NCBI RefSeq assembly: GCF_000150275.1
Contig: NW_002060947.1
Span: forward strand, 4,020,335 to 4,084,334
DNA from: Trichoplax adhaerens
Taxonomy: Eukaryota; Animalia; Placozoa
Length of the DNA stretch: 64,000 nucleotides
Direction: 5' to 3'
Shown here: positions 1-23,263 of the stretch, one piece after another
Position numbering within the stretch: the stretch's first letter is position 1
Layout of the letters: every line of letters begins with the position of its first letter
Translations under genes and position numbers: made by a program
Notes under the pieces: model-generated
The model's input: the letters and a program-made list of their open reading frames with translations, nothing else
Database searches by the model: none
What the model was told of the DNA's origin: nothing

Positions 1-2317
1 ATTTGCTATGCCTATGGTGAATTTGGCCTAAAAATTATTTTATTATCAGATTTTCTGAATCACATTGATTTAAATTTGTCTTTTTCCTTTTGGGGGTTTA
101 TGAGAGATCTCTGGTTGAATTCTAATCAAGAAACCAATATACAATTCTCCTTTTATAGCTTTTACCCTTAATTAGTATAATTAGTATAATAACCAACCGA
201 ACAATACTACATTCAATACTCCACGCTGAACATATCAATCAAAATTATCACTAATGAATACATTAAAGCATAACTCATTTTGTACAATATGTTCTTAGTA
301 TCGCCTTGATATTGTTATCATCGCATCTTTTCCTTACGTAAACGAGGAAAATGATATTTATGGGGGTAAGAGTCTAGACTCTTTTCCTTCAAAGGGTTTC
401 AGTAAACATGTCAATTTTTAAAACTAGACATATACACTAGTAATAGTTCATTAATGGATACTAGTAATGATTTGATGCAGTACTGTACAGTGTACATACT
501 AATACTAATACTAATATAATTCAATTTTGGATTACTCTTTTTATTATCCAGCATAATGTTAGCCACTTCTCTAAAAGTCCTTCATAATGTGTAGGCTTGC
601 TTGCCTATCCATTACCAATACTGTAACTTATATAGCGGTATCTACTATTAAACCATTTTTCTATCCGAGTAAAGCAATTTACCTTTGCTTCCAGTTGCTG
701 CACCATGACTCATGACAGTATAATTCTACCGGTAATGCAACCACAATGATTCCTCAAGATAATTAATTCCTTTATTTTAACATTACAATACTCTACTGTA
801 TAGGTTATTATGCTGCTATTATAACGTGTTTTACTGATATTATATCCGCTTATGAACGCATTGTTATTGACTTTTTTATCTATATTTTGCCACCTAAAAT
901 TTGCCTTACCGCCATTACTTTGCATATATTACACTATGATGTGCAGGATGCAAATTTTACATCATTAACTGTACAGTATAATAATAATAGCATACGTGCA
1001 TATAGAGAGATATGCGACTCTAAAAAGAAAGGTCTCTAATGTATATAACATATATAAACAATACGAAGAAAACCACCTGCATATCATTAATTATACCTTA
1101 ATTTATTCATGATAATTTAGCTCGACTATCGGTCCTCGTCTTTAAAATAACCGGAGATTATGGATTACCGCAAGACCTACATACAGTATTGTGTGTACTA
1201 TACGCTATACAGTATACTCATACATATTTTTTCTATCTTTATCTCTGTGCATTATAGACCTTGGGATCACAGGTATTACTCAACGCCATCCATTTTACAG
1301 TACATACTGATGCATACGCGAAGACAAACGAAAACTTCATCAATTAATTTCACTGTCAACATAAATCTCGTTGCAGTATACAAAGAGTTCATCATAACTT
1401 TAACGAGGTTACGGGTTATTATATTTTAATATTTGTTGCTGTCATGAGAGTTAGTATACTATAGTAAGCCTGCATAATAAAGAGGTTTACTTTCACATGC
1501 ATTGCGCTTTATACCTTAAATCAACTTCTGATATCTAGATTGAAGCAAAATCGTAATCTACGGTACTTGGCAAACTTGTAAAGCACTATCAATAGTATAG
1601 TGTTAATACTTTATAAGAAATTGTCAACATACTACTATAAGCAACTAAGGTTGCCGCGCAAGCTGAACATAATAAATTGGATAGTCTACACCTTAGAGTG
1701 GATCACATCATAAAATAGATTGGATGATCAATTTGCAAACAGAGTGGACTTAATGATGTACTACATAGAAGTAACGGATCCATCTAGGTATTCGTATGCA
1801 CGTATTGTACTGTACAGTTCTGTTTGCAGAGCATTATACCTTAGTCCTACTACAGTATATCCACAAGCACTATAGAACAAGCGATGACGTCAGATTTTGA
1901 TTACACATAACTACTCCCATAACATGAAGTTACTACTGCATGTCTGTATCGATAAACAGCTAATTCAATCCAAAGGGTAGTGCAATTACTCGTACTATAG
2001 GTTTCCTCGCTGCTAACAAAAAGTAGAAAGCTATCAGCAAAGGTGCAATCAGTTTACAGCGGGTAAGATATTCTTTTATACAGCGCATATATTACAGCGA
2101 ACTTAATATGAATATAGCGTACCATACAATAGATTCACATATCGTTTGTATTGGTAGAAATCTGATCCCAAATTTTATTTTACATTATCTTTAACAAAAA
2201 ATTTCAGTATATTACATTAATGAGGATAATATTAGAAATTTGGTAAGCACTTTCTCCCGTAAATTATTACGAAAAAGAGCACAAACAGCATTATATTGTT
2301 AATACCAAGTTTTAGCG

Positions 2318-12786
<10,469 letters not shown>

Positions 12787-12969
12787 TTTCCAAGTTTGTC
12801 TATATTACTAGTGAGATAAATTAGTCATTGCTTACCGATGAATCACTGTACACTATGTTGTACGCGACCCGCTTAAAATTGTTTGTAATGGCTTATTACG
12901 TACTTTCAACAGTTCTTTCCTTTCTTTCTTTGGCTACGGAGGGACCAGTGAATAGACTGAATACTCGTT

Positions 12970-14015
12970 TACAGTACAATACAGTATACTGTACTGTAGA
13001 GTATGGTCCAGTCTAGGATGACTGTTAATAGAACTTGTGCTGAGTACAGTACAGTACAGTCCACTCCAGTACAGTGTACAGTGTACAGTACGTATTGTAC
13101 AGTACTGTAGTGTTTGAATGTGTCCATGAGCTACAGTACAGTACAGGATCTGTTCAAGGGGGCATTTGACGACGCATGCACGTCGAGCGTTGACATACAG
13201 TACAGTACAGTACAGTACTGTACACAGTACTAGTAAATAAATCAATACTGAACTGTACTGTACAGTACTGTGCTGTACTTGACAACAAAGCAAATACTGT
13301 ACTGTACAGTACTGTACAGTATACTGTAGGCGTCCAGTACTACTGTACAGTACTGTACTGGACGCCTACAGTATGAGTACAAGGATACAACTGTACAGTA
13401 CAGTACAGTACTCCGTACAGTACACTACTGTACTGTAGAGTAGAGACTGAGAAGAATCTGAATGCAATTGTACAGTACAGTAAGTTGGGGCTGTGAGCCT
13501 GCGCACTGTACTGGGCTATTAACTTATCTTATTGTACTGTACTGTACTGGACGCCTACAGTATGAATACAAGGATACAACTGTACTGTACGGAGTACTGT
13601 ACTGTACACTACTGTAGCCTAGAGACTGAGAAGAATCTGATTGCAATTATACAGTACTTAGTACAGTACTGTACTGTACTGTAAGTTGGGGCTGTGAGCC
13701 TGCGCACTGTACTGTGCTATTAACTCATCTTATCTCACCTGTCCCAATGAAAGATTGATTGTACTGTACTGTACAGTACTGTACACTGTACACTGTACAG
13801 TACGTCATTACCATGACGTGTAAACGGACCGGCCTGGACTGTGCCGAGGGTTAACTGCCGGTACGGTCACGGACTGGCGAGACAAATACAGTACGATGAA
13901 ATACCCAATTACAATACTGTACAGTACAGTACAGTAATTACACCAGTGCTGTACTGTACTGTACAGTACTGTACAGAAGACCAGTACTGTACACTGTACA
14001 AGCTTTCACTGTACG
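12970..14015. repeat. (GTAC-A/T)n palindromic low-complexity tract containing a ~180-bp tandem duplication (about 13360-13532 and 13549-13733)
   Basis: Dense TACAG/CTGTA units. Two copies of GGACGCCTACAGTATGA..AGAGACTGAGAAGAATCTGA..GTAAGTTGGGGCTGTGAGCCTGCGCACTG. Confidence 0.9.
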
Positions 14016-14236
14016 TCACGTCACGTCTATTGCAATATTACATGTGTTGCTAGTTGAGAGTCGACTCAGTTGAAGCATGCGAAAGCGTCAAAACCTTGCC
14101 TTGCAGATGGATACAGCCATGGCTTCTGCTCCTTCCAATGCGCTATAATTCATTCATTAAAGCGAAATTTTCAATTCAGAACACTGTCAGTTAAGCCTAG
14201 GTGTACACTTGCTAATTGTTAACACAGTCTATTGAG

Positions 14237-16573
14237 ATGGCACTGACTACACGTAGCGATAGAGGCAATCAAGAAAGCAATTCTGCTTGGTTCCCCGAGA
14301 GGAAAGACCCTGGCTTCATTCAAAAATTTTGCTGTAAAGTCATCAAGGCCGGTGAGATACCCAAACATGTCGCCTTTATCATGGATGGAAATAGAAGATA
14401 TGCATTGAAAATGAACTACTCGAGGATTATTGGTCATTCCATGGGATTCGATAAATTAGCAGAGGTATCTTGATTAATTCATTTTACTGTACGATACTGT
14501 ATGATAATATGAGCTGCAGGACGTGCCCCCCACTACCAGTACTACAGTACAGTACAGCAGTATCTTATTACTGCCTAGAATGTTCTTCACAGGTGACCAT
14601 AAACAAGCTGGTGTGTATTATGAAACAGTAATAGCAAAATTAATTTAGTGTTGCTTATAGAATTGTATGCAATTGAAAATAGTCTATAACATGGATGGAC
14701 TATAACTGCATATGTGCTAATAGGATACATACTATACATTAGTCAAATGAAATATCGATTGCTTTATCATAATGTCCTATCACAAAATAATGATACCCCA
14801 ACGTTGTAGACATTGGAATGGTGCTTAGATTTAGGCATCAAAGAAGTGACAGTATACGCTTTCAGCATTGAAAACTTTAAACGTTCCAAGAAGGAAGTGG
14901 AAGATTTAATGAAATTAGCCAAAGGAAAATTCGACAGATTGTTACTGGAAAGGTAATCTTGGTATTGCTACATTGATCAATAATTACAGCCAATTCCTTG
15001 CTAGGCTACTACAGCAGTTCGCTGTGTGTCAAGTCTGGACTTAGTCTATATTTGGATCTATTTTCTGATCAGAGATAAAATCGACAAGCATGGTATTTGT
15101 ATTAGAATCTTTGGCGATATTAGTTTGCTACCTCCAGATGTCCAAGTTGCTGTTGCCAACACAGTTAAAATATCTCGGCATAATAACAGGTTCTACTCAT
15201 ACATTTGCAATTTTTTTAGTAATGTACAATAGTTGAATATCAAATACAAGTATTTCTATTCAACCGAGGGCTAATTGACATTGACTGTTTATAGGGCGTT
15301 CTTAAATGTATGCTTAGCTTATACTGCCAGAAATGAGATGACAAATGCTATGAAGGAATTAGCGATAGGAGTCGAAAATCAAATGTTACGACCTAGGTTA
15401 GTCTTTAGCCGTGTCCTCGATTTGTCCTAAATTCAATTCTTATTGTTATTGTCTATTAATGATTGATTGCCTATATGTCAATTGATAGCGATATTTGCGA
15501 AGATCTTTTGGAAAAATGCATGTATACTGGCGAAGCTACCCAACCAGATCTAATCATTAGGACATCTGGAGAAGTGCGATTAAGTGATTTCTTACTGTGG
15601 CAAGTAAGGCGTAATTTTATGTTACACGACGTTTAGGTTATTATCCCAAGCATCCATTTTATCTAGTTACCAAAATGAGACTAAAATCTTGACATTTACA
15701 ACATCATATTTCTTCAATGCAAGAGTGCCTATTCATGCTTGACCTTTCTTGATGTATATTGGCCCGAATTTACGATTTGGAATTTTTTATGGTGTATTAT
15801 ACGATTTCAATTAAGTTACCAAAAGATTAAGGTAAGGAATACTTTAAATTATCTCGTAATTATCCTTTTATCTTCTTATGATGCCGCAATAGCTAAAAAG
15901 TTTCAACTTATTGAACATTGTTGATAAATAATATAATTGGTAGGACGGCAAACAATATAACAATCAAATGAAGGAACATTTACAACATGTATCAGACAAG
16001 GAGAATGCCTTAAAAGAAGCTTGTAAGTATTATCAAAGATCCATAGGTGGATGCTGATTATTGTTTCAGCAAATTATGAGAACATCTACAGTTATACTTG
16101 ATGCTGAAAAGCTAGTAGAGTGGTAGTAAATTTACCAACATATCTATCAATCTTATTAAACGTGGTTATAATTACTTTCATTGGCTATTTAACTTTAAAA
16201 TATTACGATTACATCGTTAGTTAAATCGTCATTAAAAATTTTTCTATTCCATGGTGAAAGAAACCTTTTATTAATTGATGGTTTCTTGATCTACAATTTT
16301 GTTTATTAGCCGCTAGCTGGCAGAATATTCTAAATACTTTTTTTTTTTTAATATAGTAAGCTATTTAAAATAATTACAAAATATCAAATTCCACTATTAT
16401 GACATATTATAACTACTGTAATAAATTTAGGTATGGCGGGAGAAGTAAATACGAACATGGATGATATCATCAAGCGATATAGGCAAGAACGTGAGAAGCG
16501 AGTTAATAAATTCATAAATTATTTGCACAATAAAAGATTGGAATTTGTGAATGCATTAAGCAATCTTGATTAG
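14237..16573 (+). CDS. DHDDS: Dehydrodolichyl diphosphate synthase (cis-prenyltransferase catalytic subunit), 8 coding exons
   Basis: Motifs [59 protein letters not shown] and YWPEF are joined in frame through GT-AG introns. Stop TAG is at 16571-16573. Confidence 0.95.
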
Positions 16574-18136
16574 TACAATAATTGTTATAAAGAGTTTATA
16601 AGCAGAATATGAATTATCTTGTATATTGTACAAAAATAAAAGTTAATCATCTGATGATGAATATTACTATCGATCAATTTATAAGCGCTACTGTAATTTT
16701 TAATAGTAAGCTGTCAAGTTGCTATATCTGCAATATGAATCATTTACTGTCTTAGAGTCTTCTTTTGGTGTTAGAATACTTGCAGAAACTTTACGAAAGA
16801 TATCCAATGAAATTATTGAACCCCTTGATAGGTTACTAAAAGGTATCCCCATTCCGGCTACCTCAAAGTCATTGTTTTATAACATAGTCAAAATTTTTGT
16901 CAATTCCCTATATATTTTATACTATGACTTGTTATGCGCTCCTTGCATTGTTAGCTTACTTTACTTGAGATTGTCGATGTGTAAAAAATTTTGAGAAATA
17001 AAGCAATCCGCTTGAAGGTGCACGTGTATTGCAATTATTGGAACTTGAATCCAGAATTATCGTAATAAAATGTAATTCAGAGATGATAATTTCATGATAA
17101 TTCTTATGGTAGGCAACAATAATTCGGACAATACCGCTCTTATCAGTACTTTTATTGCAAACTTACTTAAGTTGTAATTTGGCTAGCTAAAACGAGTACG
17201 ATGGCCAAAGGTAGAAGCAAATCTACAGAATTCCATCAGCTACTTACTCTTTTTTATTTCAATTTCCTTGTTGGTACTGTAGTACTATATAACGGTAGAG
17301 CTTATAAATTAATTTAATTTTATTGATAACTTGACGCAACTGCCAATTTCAGTGGCATTGTTATGGTCCATGCCCGAAATACTTATAAGTTATGTATTTA
17401 TTGTAAAAGAGTACTCCCGCAAGGAGCAAAATGAGAGGCTTTTTTGTCTCAATATCTACTTAGAGAATTAAGTCATCTAAAAGCAAGTCGAAACGACATA
17501 GTTTAAGTAGAGAATAATAGATTTCATGAATACCATTATATATTAATTAATTTTTAATGTTCTATTTGCAATGATGAAATCAAACTAGTGAGATTACATT
17601 TAAATCAGGGCTAACAGGTGTAAATATATATCAACCACCATCTACAGTATTTTATTCGAGATTTATTTATCTATTTAATCTACGTTCCCAATAAGGAAAT
17701 TAACTTCTGATAGATAGGAACAGTTTAAAACTAAGGCTCATTTAATCCCGTAGCAGTAATCAATTAAACTCTTTAATAAAGTCGCTCCATACTTGGTAAA
17801 TGGAAGTCTTTCCAATGAATTATGAGGTTAACTAGTTATGGAACTAAGTTTATGATATTTATAATACATGGTTAATATCACTGTATTTAAAGGTAAAGTA
17901 TCATCTTTTTAGAATGCTTTTGTATATGTATAATAATATCAAGCGGCCTTGATTGCTCTTCAGAGCGTATGAAAAGAATATAATCATAATTTAGCACCTC
18001 GACCAAGAGTGATATTAAAGTCATAAATTACTGTCCGTTTCAGATTCATGTATATAAGTGTAAAATAGAATAAATCTATACAATGAAATATAAGACAGCA
18101 GAAGCTAATATTTTAGAGAGTTTACAAATGATTCTA

Positions 18137-21100
18137 CTAAGTAGAACCTCCTTCTAGCTCTAGCATATCTTCTATTTCTTCCTCAAGAACTAAATGATCT
18201 TCGTTCATTTCATTGACCACTTCATATTCCTTTATATAATAAATTAGCATAAGTTAACGACTAAAACTGCCATCTCTACTTCTATAAAATGTAGAAAAGT
18301 GTAAGTCACCTCCAGCTCTTTCTGTAATTCTATTTCCCAATCTTGTAGTTTTTCTGCTTCACTAGTAGTTACTTTTTCCTTAGATTCAACCTCGGTAACG
18401 TTTTTCGTATCTGTACTGTTATTTTCGTTCGTATCATTAGTTTCATTTGTCTCTTTCTTTAGTATTCCTAACTGGTGCATTTCATCTGCTAAATCTGCAT
18501 GACTTAATTCCGCTAGACGTAGTATTATACAATTACAATATCAAACAGCAAGGTAAGTTACAAAGCAAAGAAGTAGTTACAGAGTTAAACTGGAAATGGT
18601 GCTGTATTATCTCACTTTGAAAATTCATACCATTTGTATAAGCTTCACTAACAAATTCGTTAGTTAATAAGGACTGATCTTGTAATGATGTATCTTGATT
18701 CTCAGTTTCGCTGTTTTGAATCTACAAAAATGCATATTTTAATACTGGTAGCTCAAGAGTGAAGCTTAATAAGATCTAATCATGGATAGATTCTCACCGA
18801 GTCATTATTTTCCACCTTGGTATTCGGAGTTGTCGCAGTATCGCGAGGAGAATCCCGTACACTGTCAACTAAGATACGAACAAATTTAAGTTTATACTCA
18901 TATAACGGTATTGGTTGTATCCGACTAGCAGGATTTTAGCAAAGCTATCAAATTATGCCAAATTAAGTATTCACTAACCATCACTAGCACTTTCGGACAA
19001 AGATGATTGCTTGTTAGTACTTTCAGGTGTTCCAGTTGTGTTCGCTAGTAATTTTGTAAATAATGGAGAATTTAGCATGCAATCATGTATTTTTGTGTTA
19101 TGATGCCATCACATGAAAGCGTGTTAGACAAGTTAGGATGAATGTGTCAGAGGTTTTTTTATAAGAATAGATAATAGTGAGCACTGCAAAAGAAATAGTC
19201 CCTGCTGATAGAAATACGCTTGATTGCAATAGTAACGCAATAGTTACGCTGATGTTATTAAATCGATTTATACCTTCAGCCATAGAGCTCAGTTGTATAG
19301 ATTGTTTTATAAGAGAAACTCGATAAAAGTAGTTACGCCAAAATTCTTCCTCTTTAACGCTTCAATTTGTGCATTAGAAATAGAACTAAATTAAGTAAAG
19401 GTCATTTCCTAATTTATTATAGTAGTGTGTAAGACAGCTTACAGTTTAGGTACTAGCTCAAAACGCATATTCATGAGATTTCCATCTTCTTCTAATGTCA
19501 CCATTGCTACAGGATAGTAGATAGCAGCATCAAAGCGAAACTCAGCTCCAGATGGAGGGCTTCTCAAGAAATTTCTTCTGTCCTAGATTATTGCAGTATT
19601 TGTCCCAATTTTAAATATCGTTTATTACAGAACGGCGTTATTCAATGCAACAAGAAGATGCAATAAAAAATCTTTTGCAAGCATTGTGCTGTTCACTTTA
19701 AGAAAATCCGAGCACATTTTGGCGCAAATATGATGACGTTACTATCATTCAATTACCTTTGACAATGCTAAGATTCTAGTTTTCATAGCCTCTTCTTCAT
19801 TATAGCCTACCCACGGAGGTACGGCCGCTTCACCTACCAGTTAGTAGCATGTTAGTAATTTATCAGGGTAAGGTAAGCAAGATTGGAATAAAGTTGAGTA
19901 TATCTACTATGTATCCTCTGTACTTTACACACCAATTCGATTTGCTTGTTTACTCTCGATAAATTGTTTTTGTTCTCGCATGAAAGATCCAATGACCGTC
20001 TTGTTTTAAAAATTGTAATACAATTTATTGTTAGGTAGTGTGTATTGATTAATTTGTACACCTACTTTATCAAATTTCGATAACTATGACCCTAAGCTAT
20101 CTACTTTGATACTGTATAAGTCTGTGTTATTGTAGAAGCATCTTTACAATAAGGTTCAGTATTTTAGATGATAATGAGATAATAAAATTTGTAAGAATAC
20201 TGCAATATGTTGCAGTTCAGATAATTCTAATTTGAAGAAAGCGTGTGTATGGCTGGCTTATTAAGTGCACATAATTGTAAAACGTTAGTGGTTGCATGTA
20301 AATTAAATAGCGGTAATCATAAATCGTTCGTAGTCTACGCATTAACATATAGAAATTATCAATTTGAAATCGTGTCGTACAAACTGAATGCTTTCTTTTT
20401 AAGCACTTTACACTATCTCAACTTTAATTATTGGCACAATAAATAATAATAATAATAATGAATTTGCTATTACGGTAACTTGGGGATGGCATTATGCACA
20501 GTTGCTATATATGCTTCTTACCTTCTCTTCCACTGTATCCTTTAGTTTAGAGGCAACCGTAACTGTTCTACTTGCAACATCGCTTGTGACATTTTTAACA
20601 TTGGCGATAAAAGCTAGTAAGGAAAATATTGATAGTTAACAGTCACGTACAGTACCGTATAGTGAATAATAAATAGACATTTGAGGTCTGGACTATTGCT
20701 TGGAAGCAGATGTAGGTAAATATCAGCAAGCTGTTCAATCGTGATTTTAGATTGAATACATTGAGTGATATCTCAATCGGGTGCTCTCAATATCGCTGTA
20801 GTAAGTGTAACAAGTCCGATTAGAATAGCTACCTTGGCGTTACACCACAGTATATCGGAGAGATGATGTATTTCTACTACAATACTGTATGAAAAAGTCA
20901 TCTTTGCAGTGGCAATCCTATAGTGGAATAATTTCGAAACTATCCAACACTAGAAAATTACGTACAGTACTGTATAGTATATCCCATAATCACTGGATCG
21001 ATTACTTGATTGCATTTCCACAAGACAGAGTAAAAGATGTATTGTATCTACCATCTTGTTAACGTCTCTGCTGGTGTTGTTTAGCCGCTACTCATCACTC

Positions 21101-21911
21101 TTACGTAAATCGCCATTATGATGATATTGATGAGCGACACCTTAACTGTCGATCCCTACATCAAGTTAATGAGATTACTCAAGCGTGAACAAGGAGATTA
21201 TGAATGGGTAAAGGGAAAAACGTAACGTAAGATATATTTTGGAATAAATGTTATCATCTTTTTGCTCTAGCTAAAGAGAATAGTCGACGCATCCCTTATA
21301 ATTAATTATTCAATACGGCAAGACGATCAGTCGGATATAGTGGACACTGGACAGTACAGGATATCGTAGAATTGGTACAAGTACGGATAGTGGTTCCTGC
21401 AGGATGTTGTGACCTTTACTGAAAGTTTCCTATATCGTAATTATAAGAAACTAATATCGCCTACGATAGAAAGAATAACTACTACAGTGCGTAATACTTT
21501 CTATATCGCTAGTAAATTATGTTCCTAATTCATTCAATAATATCCTAGTGTAGAGTAGTGTAGTTACGGTGGAGTAGAAAGTAGATTCAGTAATGCTACG
21601 TGTACTGTGGGTTATTTTGCAATTGAAGTACTTGTAGACACCACAGTCAAGACTGATCTTTTTTCGCTACTATAAGAAGATGAAAATAGGTACTTACATC
21701 CCCAATTGAAAGGAGTTGAAGGATTTTTATCGGTTGTATCTTTGTCATCATCATTGGTAATTTGGTCATTTTGATGGTCATCTTGATTATGATCAGGTTG
21801 TTTCTCGTCTTTGCTGGTTGATTCTACATCCTTGTCGCTTTGATGGTCGGTATTTGTATCTTGGTTTGCTTCGTCTGACTGAGAATAAAACCAATTCTTC
21901 AAGTTTAACAT
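18137..21911 (-). CDS. SYAP1: Synapse-associated protein 1 (BSD-domain protein)
   Basis: Exons encode [25 protein letters not shown]|[21 protein letters not shown]|[20 protein letters not shown] (BSD domain) and a C-terminal [11 protein letters not shown]|EYEVV. The start is MLNLKNWF. Confidence 0.92.
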
Positions 21912-22059
21912 TGAGTGATGCTTTAATTTACATGGAATAAGAAGTAAGACTATCCTAATTTCAATCACTTTCTCCAAGTAGTTACTGGATATTGTTGACA
22001 AAAAAAAAATGCAATTGAGCAAACCCACAATCGAGATCGACTCCTCACCATCAAGATGT

Positions 22060-22950
22060 GTAAGTACTGTACAGTACAGTACTGTAGTACGAGTGACGAA
22101 CTGTACACTGTACACTGTACAGTACAGTACTGAATCTTTTTTCTTTCTTTTGGGAATGTCTCTCTGTCTGCTCTGTCCATACCTCAATCGGATACGGTGT
22201 ACTGTACTGTACTACTTCTTTTTTCCTTTCTTTTGGGAATGTCTCTCTGTCTGCTCTGTCCACACCTTAATAGGATACAGTGTACTGTACTGTACAGTGT
22301 ACAGTACTGCATCTTTTTTTCTTTCTTTTGGGAATGTCTCTCTGTCTGTTCTATCCATACCTCAATAGGATACAGTGTACACTGTACAGTACACTTGTCC
22401 AACTGAACTGTACAGTACTGTACTGTACAGTACTGTACTGCATCTTTTTTTCTTTCTTTTGGGAATGTCTCTCTGTCTGTTCTATCCATACCTCAATAGG
22501 ATACAGTGTACAGTACGCTTGTCCAACTGAACTGTACACTGTACTGTACATTCACTACTGCATCTTTTTTTCTTTCGTTTGGGAATGTCTCTCTGTCTGC
22601 TCTGTCCATACCTCAATAGGATACAGTATACTGTACTGTACAGTACAGTGTACAGTACTGCATCTTTTTTCCTTTCTTTTCGGAAGATCCTCCTGTCTGC
22701 TCTGTCCGTACCTCAATAGGATACAGTGTACAGTGTACAGTACAATACACTTGTCCAGCTGTACTGTACACTGTACACTGTACAGTACTGCATCTTTTTT
22801 CTTTCTTTTCGGGATGTCTCTCTGTCTGTCTTGCACATACCTCAATAGGATAGAGTGTACAGTGCACTCTTTACAGTGCACAGTGCACAGTCAATCTGCT
22901 TCAGTACCGATCAAACGACTTTTACATACTGTACAACTGTACTGTATAAC
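22060..22950. repeat. Array of seven ~70-bp units separated by variable GTAC-rich spacers
   Basis: The unit CTGCATCTTTTTTCTTTCTTTTGGGAATGTCTCTCTGTCTGCTCTGTCCATACCTCAATAGGATACAGTG starts near 22131, 22212, 22307, 22438, 22558, 22658 and 22788. Confidence 0.95.
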
Positions 22951-23263
22951 CATTGAGATGCAAATGGCCTTGCCTCCAAGCACCTTGCAAAGGTTTGCAA
23001 GCACATAAACCATCGCGATATTCAACAGCCTGCGAATGAAGTAAAAGTGAAATCAGCTAAAAGCCTACTGTTTATTGGTATAATAAGCTTCATATCCAGG
23101 AAAAGACAGGAATAATACTCTTTTCAACGTGGATGGAATGAAATGAACTCGATGTAAACGTGTTTGCAGCGAAGAGGAATTTTCACTTCGATTGATTAAA
23201 TTATAGAACAAATTAAGTCGTTGCAGAACTTTGACGTAGATAGCAAATTAGTTGACATCAAGA

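Noticed and set aside
16719-16994. 91-aa ORF between DHDDS and SYAP1
   Set aside because: It has a non-ATG start and no motif or splice support, and lies in the convergent 3' UTR zone.
22131-22860. CRISPR array
   Set aside because: The context is eukaryotic, the repeats are about 70 bp, the spacers are low-complexity and related to each other, and there are no cas genes.
21965-23008. Overlapping ORFs rich in YCTVQ/STVLY (also 12828-14053 and 57609-58937)
   Set aside because: They are translations of the stop-poor GTAC repeats in several frames on both strands, with no protein-like features.
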